In this document: positions 56,848 to 64,000 of the stretch, piece after piece
Layout: each line of letters opens with the position of its first letter
Position numbering within the stretch: the stretch's first letter is position 1
Assembly (NCBI GenBank): GCA_965657355.1
Contig: CBFHOE010000003.1
Span: forward strand, 1 to 64,000
Reading direction: 5' to 3'
Source: Limisphaerales bacterium
Lineage (GTDB): Bacteria; Verrucomicrobiota; Verrucomicrobiia; Limisphaerales; JAJOIW01
Length of the DNA stretch: 64,000 nt
Made by a program: the position numbers and the translations under genes
The notes under the pieces: generated by a model
Seen by the model: only the letters and a program-made list of their open reading frames with translations
What the model was told of the DNA's origin: nothing
The model's database searches: none

Positions 56848-59562
56848 CTAACGATTCGGTTTTTCTAATACTTTAAAAAATTCCATAGTCTTGCTGCCAA
56901 TCGAGATGACAGTATCGGTGATCGGGAATTTACCTTCTACCGAACTTACTTTCCCGAATTGGTTTAGACTGAACAATGAGCTGAAAACGTCATACTGAGC
57001 CTTGTCAATGCCAGGCCAGCTCAAACGAAGCATTCCCTCTTTCCATTGATTAAGGCCCAACAAAAATGGTCTGTCGTTCTCACGTGGATTCGTAATAGCC
57101 GCCTGTTCATATCCATTTCTAAATCCATCTTCGTCAGGGTCGTCTAAGGCCGAATAATCTAGTGAATTAAAATATTTAATCTCCCAGTCGTCATCTAATC
57201 CATCACCATCAGCATCAGTTATTGTCGTACCTCTAATTAGCAATTTTAATGAGGTAACCGTACCTGAGGAGTCGCTGTCCCCAAGGTTACTGACCTGAAC
57301 TCTCCATACACCTTTTGACGGTTCAAACATGTGCTGGGCAGAATGATAGGTCCAACTACTTAAGTTTGAAATGCTGTCTTGATTGATACTTTGTAATTCA
57401 CTCTTCGTACCACTGGGTGAAAAAAGTGTTATCCTAATGCCGCTCCGATTAGTAATGTTTGATTTCAATTCAAGGCCAATGAATTCAACTATCATCTCGT
57501 CCTTAACATCGAATGTGGCTGCCTTTGATTTCATTTTAACACTAACCTCGAGATTTGGATTGTTAAGAAGGGTCTGCCTCAGATTTTCGCCATTTTGTTG
57601 CCCTATAAATATTGTGGGTATCGCTGTATAGTCAGTAGACGCCATAATCAATGGAGCATTGCCATTGTTGTTATAAATAATAGCAAATTTTGCGCCGGCT
57701 TCCTCCGCCCTTAATATTTTATCTCTAAATAATACTTCACCTCTTTGAATCAGGGCCCCCATATTATCAAGGTTCGTATTTATGCTTTGTTCTGCTAAAC
57801 CTACAAATGCAATTTTACCATTTTGCGCTGATAGGTCATTGACTGGCCCAAGTGACGGATACCCTGGAATCCACATGGGCTCTTGACCAGGCGAAGATGA
57901 CGGAATTTCAATTCCATACTCTTCTTCACCAATCTCCATTAATAGTGATTTGGAGTGGCTGGCAGTTTTATGTCTCGACTTTGATTTCCAGGACTTTGCC
58001 AGGCGTACGGCTATGCCTGCGTCTGGAATTCCAAACCCTACATTATCATTTACTTCAAAACCTCCTCCATTGAGCTGAGTATGTGGATCATCAAAGTATT
58101 GTTTGGCAGACATAGCCAATATCTGTTGGACGTCCCTGTAATGTAAATCAGGCCTTGCCGAAAGGACCAAAGCTGCTAGCCCAGCTATTTCGGGTGCACT
58201 TGCCGATGTGCCATTAAACGCGCTGATACCAAAAGAATAGTCGGGTCTCCCTGCTGGACTTCTTGCGGAGTTTGCTCCCTCGGTCCCTAATAAATCAGTC
58301 GTCATGATACCCGGAGTGCTTTCCCCTTCATCTGCTGTGACGCTATCTCCACTTGGGGCTGCTACTAATATAGGGGCCCCTGGGCTACTGTAGCTTGTAG
58401 CCTTTCCATAAATGTCCGAGGCCGCAACTGTAATGACATGGGGGTCGCTGGGATATTTATCATCGTTGACATTTCCATTTCCTGGATGGCCAGGCGAAGG
58501 ATCTCTAAAATTGCCAGCAGACCTAACAATAACCGCTCCCAAACCATTCCTTCCTAGACGCACAGCATTGGTAATGGATTGACTCACAATTCTGCTTGGC
58601 CCAGAAAGAACTTCTGTACCTGAGGCCCAACTATGGTTCTGAACCTGAACCCTATGTGTTTCATGACGGAAGAGCCGAGCCATGTTTATGTCTGAGGCGA
58701 ATTCAAAGGATTCTTTTCCAAAAATTAAGAGACTTGTAAGGCCTGCATCCGGTGCAACCCCGCTCACTCCTATATTATTATTACCTTTTGCTGCGGCTAT
58801 CCCAGCGACATTCGTTCCATGGAAACCATTGACTGGAGGCACCGTATCTTGGTGCGATACATTTTTTACATAATCGTGATGTGGTTGACCTCTGGTCGGG
58901 TCCTCTAAATCTGGATGATTCGTTTGGATACCATCATCTATAACCCCGATACTTACTCCCTCACCCCTTGTGATTGGCCACGCTGATCTGACATTGAGAT
59001 CAATGCCCAATCTTTTTCCTTCTGAGTTTCTATTTTCAAGATGTTTTTGTTCATTGAAATAGGGATCTTTCGGATAAGCCGAGTATCCATTTAATTTTTT
59101 TATGGGCCACATCATGACAGGGCTTGCTGCATAAACTTCTTCATTTTCTGAAAGTCTATTTGCGGCTTCCAATGAAGCTCTAGCGCTTACTGCATTTAGA
59201 AGGTAGAACCCCGAGCCTAAGTCTTCTGCTATGGAAAGCCCTAACCCAACGATATAAGCAGATGGTTTGTTGTTTAAAGGGATTTGAAGGAATAATTGGT
59301 TTGTCGCTTTAATTTGTAAATCAGGCTTACCTTTTACTGAGAGTATCAAATGCTCTGGTGCCCAATTTGGCATAAACGCATTGCCTATTTCCGAGACGTA
59401 TTCGAGAGGCCTGTCGTCTTTAAATTGGTATGTTTTAGAATAGAATAACTCATCAGGGGCTGCATAACTTATTTTCGCACTCCCAATCACAATCAGGACT
59501 AATCCTAGTAGAAAGGTGCGAGAATATTTTACTCTCTTATGTATTCGCCTGGTATTTAGCAT
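56848..59562 (-). CDS. Secreted S8 kexin/furin-like serine protease with PA and P (proprotein convertase) domains, Ca-binding repeats and C-terminal domain
   Basis: Triad VIDDG / HGTNVAG / GTSASAP, oxyanion SAGN, LHYRDVQ, GFGIPDA; PA domain (ALIQRG..F.DK..A...GA..AIIYNN); P domain (L.SPSGT..GVWRV); DADGDG. Confidence 0.9.
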   Translation of the reverse strand: MLNTRRIHKRVKYSRTFLLGLVLIVIGSAKISYAAPDELFYSKTYQFKDDRPLEYVSEIGNAFMPNWAPEHLILSVKGKPDLQIKATNQLFLQIPLNNKPSAYIVGLGLSIAEDLGSGFYLLNAVSARASLEAANRLSENEEVYAASPVMMWPIKKLNGYSAYPKDPYFNEQKHLENRNSEGKRLGIDLNVRSAWPITRGEGVSIGVIDDGIQTNHPDLEDPTRGQPHHDYVKNVSHQDTVPPVNGFHGTNVAGIAAAKGNNNIGVSGVAPDAGLTSLLIFGKESFEFASDINMARLFRHETHRVQVQNHSWASGTEVLSGPSRIVSQSITNAVRLGRNGLGAVIVRSAGNFRDPSPGHPGNGNVNDDKYPSDPHVITVAASDIYGKATSYSSPGAPILVAAPSGDSVTADEGESTPGIMTTDLLGTEGANSARSPAGRPDYSFGISAFNGTSASAPEIAGLAALVLSARPDLHYRDVQQILAMSAKQYFDDPHTQLNGGGFEVNDNVGFGIPDAGIAVRLAKSWKSKSRHKTASHSKSLLMEIGEEEYGIEIPSSSPGQEPMWIPGYPSLGPVNDLSAQNGKIAFVGLAEQSINTNLDNMGALIQRGEVLFRDKILRAEEAGAKFAIIYNNNGNAPLIMASTDYTAIPTIFIGQQNGENLRQTLLNNPNLEVSVKMKSKAATFDVKDEMIVEFIGLELKSNITNRSGIRITLFSPSGTKSELQSINQDSISNLSSWTYHSAQHMFEPSKGVWRVQVSNLGDSDSSGTVTSLKLLIRGTTITDADGDGLDDDWEIKYFNSLDYSALDDPDEDGFRNGYEQAAITNPRENDRPFLLGLNQWKEGMLRLSWPGIDKAQYDVFSSLFSLNQFGKVSSVEGKFPITDTVISIGSKTMEFFKVLEKPNR

Positions 59563-59630
59563 CTAATAAAATCTATCACATGTTTTATAATCGGTCGGAG
59601 ATTTCAACAAATTACGTTCAGAAATCAGTT

Positions 59631-60485
59631 TTATAAATTACTTTTATCAATCTGATTGGTTCTCAAATGGCATACATTTAGTGCTTTAAATCTACCAATT
59701 TTGTAACTATCCCTAATGGAATAGTTTGTAAGTAATTTTGATTTTTGTATTGCTGTCACAAGTTCTTCCCCTTTAGCAAGATACGCAGCAATGGAGGAAC
59801 TTAACGTACACCCAGTGCCGTGTAGTGAACCAATTTTTTGATATGGTAATTCAAAAGCCTGTGGTTTTTCACCGTCATACAGATAGTCTGTGATCATACC
59901 ATTTTCTGGGTCAAGGTGGCCTCCTTTTATAAAGATAGGAGAGTTAAATTTCTTGAAAAGGCAAACAGTAGCCTCTTTAAGCTCATTTTTTGAGGTTATT
60001 TTTCTCCCGAGTAACGATTCAGCTTCCGGTATGTTTGGTGTTATCAAATCTCCTAAACTAAAGAGTGAAACTAGGCAGGCTTCTGTTGATTTTTCATCTA
60101 CCTCTACCGATTTTTTTTGTTCTAGATAAAGTGACTTACCTGAGGTTGCGACCATCACAGGATCGATTACTACGGGAATATCAGTCTTTACAATAAATTC
60201 GGAAATCAAAGAGGTCACTTTTTGAACGATACCTGAGGAAAAAAGAGCGCCGACTTTTATTGCATTTGGCGGTAAGTCTTTGGTCAAAATATTAAATTGT
60301 TCTTCTATCAATTTTTCGGAAACAGGTTCCATATTTGAAATGTTCGCCGGGGATTGGGCGGTAATTCCCGTGACAACGCAAGTGCCGTGCACTCCAACAG
60401 CATCAAAGGTCTTCAGATCTGCCTGAATGCCAGCACCGCCCCCGCTGTCTGAGCCAGCAACTGCCATCACGATTGTTTTACTCAT
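59631..60485 (-). CDS. thiD: Hydroxymethylpyrimidine/phosphomethylpyrimidine kinase
   Basis: AGSDSGGGAGIQADLKT, DPVMVATSG, TPNIPEA, KGGH, HGTGCTLSS. Confidence 0.95.
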   Translation of the reverse strand: MSKTIVMAVAGSDSGGGAGIQADLKTFDAVGVHGTCVVTGITAQSPANISNMEPVSEKLIEEQFNILTKDLPPNAIKVGALFSSGIVQKVTSLISEFIVKTDIPVVIDPVMVATSGKSLYLEQKKSVEVDEKSTEACLVSLFSLGDLITPNIPEAESLLGRKITSKNELKEATVCLFKKFNSPIFIKGGHLDPENGMITDYLYDGEKPQAFELPYQKIGSLHGTGCTLSSSIAAYLAKGEELVTAIQKSKLLTNYSIRDSYKIGRFKALNVCHLRTNQIDKSNL

Positions 60486-60507
60486 ATTGAAAGTTTACCA
60501 TATAATA

Positions 60508-60530
60508 ATAATAGGGACAGACCCTTTTAT
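60508..60530. repeat. REP-like short hairpin upstream of the RAYT gene
   Basis: ATAATAGGG-ACAGA-CCCTTTTAT, an imperfect stem about 40 nt upstream of the RAYT start. Confidence 0.5.
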
Positions 60531-60566
60531 ATTGATCCCAGGTGAAGAGGTATTTAGAGTTGATGT

Positions 60567-61574
60567 ATGCGAATACCTAGATTTTGGATTAAAGATACGA
60601 TGGAGGACCAGATTTTCCATGTAATGAGCCGGGTTGTGGACAAAAGGATGATTTTTGGTGACAGTGAAAAATCTTTGTTTCATAGGATAATGCGCCAAAT
60701 GGAAGGTTTTTCGGGTTGTGAAGTCCTAACATATTGCCTGATGGGGAATCATTTTCACATTTTACTAAGGGTGCCCAAGAAGCCTGATGACATGCTGGCT
60801 GGTGAAGTCGTGCGTCGCCTAGGATGGATATACCCAACGGACAGAGTGAAAGCAATTTCATCCAAACTTAATCAACTTTTAAAGAATGGTGAAACTGAGA
60901 AACATGCGGCCCTGATCCACAAGTATAAGAATAGAATGTTTGATTTGTCCGAATTTGTTAAGGGATTGAAACAACGATTCACTCAGTCCTACAATTTGCG
61001 TAACGAAAGAAAAGGCACTCTATGGGAAGAAAGATTTAAGAGTTTGTTGATAGACCCCAAGCAGAGAAGCCTTCTCGTTGTCGCCTCATATATTGATAAA
61101 AATCCTCTTCGAGCTGGCTTGGTAAAGAACGCTGAGGAATACCGTTGGTCTGGATACGGCGAGGCCCGTAGAGGTGAGCCTAAAGCACAAAAAGGAATAG
61201 CTTTTATTATCGAAGGGTTCAATAGAAGAAAAAACTTAGTCCGAAGTCTCCATGCTTATGGAATGATATTTGATAATGAGCTCAAAGAATCAAATCCTGA
61301 GTGGATTGATGATAATTCTGGAAATTTAGAAGGTGTTCATTCTCATCCTCGTGAGCGGCTTTCCAATGGTATTATATTAGGAGCTCAAGAATTTATCAGG
61401 AATTGTTTGGAGAAACCCTCTTATGCGGGGCCCACGAATTATTTAAATAAATTTCTTTCGGGGACCGGGTTAGAGGAGCGAAGAGTAGGAAGATTTTTCA
61501 CCCTTACTAAAAGTAAACGTAAAATTGTCGATAACTCTGAGAATGGTCAGTCTCTCTGCAATAAATATTGGTAG
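60567..61574 (+). mobile_element. REP-associated tyrosine transposase (RAYT, IS200/Y1 HUH superfamily) gene
   Basis: FHVMSR, YCLMGNHFHILL (HUH), GTLWEERFKS, YIDKNPLRAGLV (catalytic Tyr + NP), YRWS. Confidence 0.88.
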
Positions 61575-61586
61575 ACGATTATAATC

Positions 61587-62486
61587 ATGGAAATATCCGG
61601 TTTAGGCTCATTTCTTGTGCCCCCAACGAGCCCTATTGAGGAAATAATGATTCCAGATTTTCAAAGCCGAGGGGTAAGATTGTTACTCAAGCGAGATGAC
61701 AAAATCCCTGGAATTTTGAATGGCAACAAGTATAGAAAGCTACGGCTTAATCTATTGAACGCCCGAGAGGAAGGGTATCAATCATTGGCAACATGTGGAG
61801 GGGCGTATTCTAATCACCTATTGGCACTTTCGGAAGCTGGAAAAGAATTTGGTTTTGATACTTTTGGATTTGTGCGGGGAGAAGAACCAAAAAAAAGAAG
61901 CAGTGTCTTAAAAAAATGTGAAAAAAATGGTATGGTCATTTCATGGGTTAGCAGAGCGCAATATCGAATGAGAGAAAGTCCCGAGTTCCCGATATCCTGG
62001 ATGGCAGATATTTGTGAGGATGCGTATTGGGTGCCAGAGGGGGGGACTAACAAGTTGGCTGTTGCCAGCTGCAGTCATATCGTCGATGAAATAGACGAAG
62101 ATTTTGACTACTTATGTTTGCCTTGTGGTACAGGAGGAACTTTTGCTGGATGTTTAAGTAGTTTAGTAAATAGAGCTTATGGCATTGGTATACCAGTTCT
62201 TAAAGGTGGAGAATATCTTACTGGTGAGATAAAAAAGTGGCTTTCAATAATGGGCGTAAATAATAATTCTTGGCATTTAGATGCCAGGTTTCATTTTGGA
62301 GGGTTTGCGAAAACGAGTAATGCTCTCGTCGATTTTGCCGAGAGGTTTTTTAAAGCATCCAATTATACGTATAAGCCAGACTTAGTATATAATGCAAAAG
62401 CCCTCTACGGGGTTTTCCAGCTTGTCCGTGAAGGGGCCATACCCCAGGGAGCAAAAGTGATATATTTGGTAACGCAGTCTCAATAA
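61587..62486 (+). CDS. PLP-dependent ACC deaminase / D-cysteine desulfhydrase family protein
   Basis: KRDD..GNKYRKL (PLP Lys), GGAYSNH, VPEGG, CGTGGT, FGGFAK, DLVY. Confidence 0.88.
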   Translation: MEISGLGSFLVPPTSPIEEIMIPDFQSRGVRLLLKRDDKIPGILNGNKYRKLRLNLLNAREEGYQSLATCGGAYSNHLLALSEAGKEFGFDTFGFVRGEEPKKRSSVLKKCEKNGMVISWVSRAQYRMRESPEFPISWMADICEDAYWVPEGGTNKLAVASCSHIVDEIDEDFDYLCLPCGTGGTFAGCLSSLVNRAYGIGIPVLKGGEYLTGEIKKWLSIMGVNNNSWHLDARFHFGGFAKTSNALVDFAERFFKASNYTYKPDLVYNAKALYGVFQLVREGAIPQGAKVIYLVTQSQ

Positions 62487-62571
62487 GCAGCCAGCATTTT
62501 TCACGTAAAAGTTGCTGTTTATCGATTTATTAATTGTTTTTATTTGAGATGTCGTTTGGTATCTTGAAATT

Positions 62572-62877
62572 ATGAATCTGCAATGTCATAAGTGCTCTGC
62601 TCAATGGCCAAAGAGGCAATCTCCTGGACGAAGAGATAGATGCGCGCGATGCGGTGCAGATATGAGGTGTTGTATGAACTGCAAAAATTATGATCCACAG
62701 GTAGCAGAACAATGCAAGGAAAGGGACGCTGATCCCGTAACAGATAAAGAACGTGCAAATTTTTGTGAGTTCTATTCTCCAAGGAGAGGAGGAAGTGGTT
62801 CTCACGGGGTAAGAGGTCAAAACCGTCCAGCAGGTGAAGATCCTACGCAGAAATTGAAAGATATACTCGGTATCTAA
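62572..62877 (+). CDS. Small Cys-rich metal-binding protein
   Basis: CHKC, CARC, CCMNC, C and NFCEF, followed by a Gly-rich tail. Confidence 0.75.
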   Translation: MNLQCHKCSAQWPKRQSPGRRDRCARCGADMRCCMNCKNYDPQVAEQCKERDADPVTDKERANFCEFYSPRRGGSGSHGVRGQNRPAGEDPTQKLKDILGI

Positions 62878-63007
62878 TCGCCTGGGTTGAATTAAAGAGC
62901 ATTTTATTGCGAAAATTTCCCCTGTTTATGCGTGGAAATGACACATTTTTTTGAATTCACACTTTATAATACATCCTAAAGCGTACACATTAATGTCTTA
63001 CTAGCTT

Positions 63008-63024
63008 TTGGCATATTGATTGCA
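63008..63024 (+). promoter_or_regulatory. Sigma-54 (-24/-12) promoter upstream of the ABC permease gene
   Basis: TTGGCATA-TTGA-TTGCA with exact GG-N10-GC spacing, about 75 nt before the ATG at 63101. Confidence 0.7.
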
Positions 63025-63100
63025 TTAGGATAATGGGCAGCCGGCACTCCTGTAAAGCAATCGCAGAAGCAGTTGTTCAGGAAATATGTAATTTGCAACA

Positions 63101-64000
63101 ATGCGAGCATTTCAAACGATAGTTATCAATAGTTGTATGGAATTGGTGAGGCAACCGGTTTACCTGATGCTCTTGGTTGGTTCATCACTATTTATGATCA
63201 TTCTCGCTTCTGTTCCCTATTTTGGTTTGGGTGATGATCCGACCCTCGTGAAAAACAGCGTTCTCGCCATGACATTCATGACGGGGTTATTCGGTGGCAT
63301 TGTTGGCTCATCTCTCTCGATCAGCAAAGAAGTTTCCACTGGAACAGCTCTTGCGGTCATGGCGAAACCGGTAAAAAAGTGGATATTTGTTCTAGGAAAA
63401 TATGTAGGGTTGAGCGGGGCATTATTTCTATTGGCTTATTCGAATATGATTGCATCGCTCACTGCTAGTCGCATGGCTTATGATGCCTATAGCGGCGTTG
63501 ATTGGAACGCCTTTTTAATATTTACTCTATTTATCGCAGTGGCTCTAATTCTAGCAGGTGTCAGAAATTATGTATTTCGAAAACCTTTTTTGCAGGAGGC
63601 GGCGATGTATTCTGTCATATCGATGTCATGTGCTTTCCTTATTATATGGAAGATGACAGACCATAAAGTTAGCCTGAGTGACTATGCCCAGGTGGACTGG
63701 CGATTGTTCCCATCTATATTGCTGATCTATTTTGCAATACTTGTTTTAGCAGCTATAGCTGTAGTTTGTTCTACTAGACTAGATTTCTTGCCAACATTGG
63801 GGATTTGCTACGGGCTTTTTTTGTTGGGGCTTATGAGTGATTATTTTTTTGGGCAAGCTTCGTCAGACGGATTTTTAGTTTCGAAAATTTTATATACTTT
63901 AATACCCAATTGGCAGTTGTATTGGATGGCAGATGCCATCCAGCAAGGTCAAAGTATTCCTGTGACCTATATATTTCGTGCCTTTTTACAAATGTTATGC
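63101..64000 (+). CDS. ABC-2 type transporter permease (truncated at the window end; absent from the ORF track)
   Basis: Read by hand: MRAFQTIVINSCMELVRQPVYL...SISKEVSTGTALAVMAKPVKKWIFVLGKYVG...; I saw no in-frame stop before the window end; multi-TM. Confidence 0.85.
   Translation, partial: MRAFQTIVINSCMELVRQPVYLMLLVGSSLFMIILASVPYFGLGDDPTLVKNSVLAMTFMTGLFGGIVGSSLSISKEVSTGTALAVMAKPVKKWIFVLGKYVGLSGALFLLAYSNMIASLTASRMAYDAYSGVDWNAFLIFTLFIAVALILAGVRNYVFRKPFLQEAAMYSVISMSCAFLIIWKMTDHKVSLSDYAQVDWRLFPSILLIYFAILVLAAIAVVCSTRLDFLPTLGICYGLFLLGLMSDYFFGQASSDGFLVSKILYTLIPNWQLYWMADAIQQGQSIPVTYIFRAFLQMLC

Noticed and set aside
1083..62820. Numerous 60-165 aa ORFs antisense to or nested in the long genes (e.g. 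14514..14951, 19652..20149, 23130..23534)
   Set aside because: They overlap well-supported genes and show no motifs; typical shadow ORFs.

Overview
Gene-dense, AT-rich bacterial chromosomal segment. Gene content suggests the PVC superphylum, probably Verrucomicrobiota (inference from the Pirellula/Verrucomicrobium-type heme c domain, the MoxR-vWA cassette and the style of secreted proteins). Housekeeping genes: dnaA followed directly by thyA-folA and an RNase Z-like gene, pgk-tpiA-secG, ftsK, a DUF721/DciA-like gene, nadD-rsfS and thiD. A cluster of DnaA-like boxes and a perfect 16-bp inverted repeat lie upstream of dnaA. Transporters: NhaC family, CLC-CBS, a two-subunit Na+/solute symporter, a flippase and a truncated ABC-2 permease. 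A ~17 kb co-oriented cassette reads MoxR, DUF58, BatA-vWA, vWA-GATase-like, large coiled-coil protein, orphan, exported squalene-cyclase-fold protein, double TlpA thioredoxin and PQQ-type propeller. Also present: a heme c + PHM-like copper monooxygenase, a RAYT-type HUH nuclease with REP-like motifs, and two sigma-54 promoter matches. The most interesting signal is a shared ~70-90 aa C-terminal domain on four unrelated proteins (three with visible signal peptides), a candidate surface-sorting signal. A CLC protein has Arg in place of the gating Glu. No rRNA, tRNA or CRISPR array was seen. All family calls come from motif recognition without database searches.
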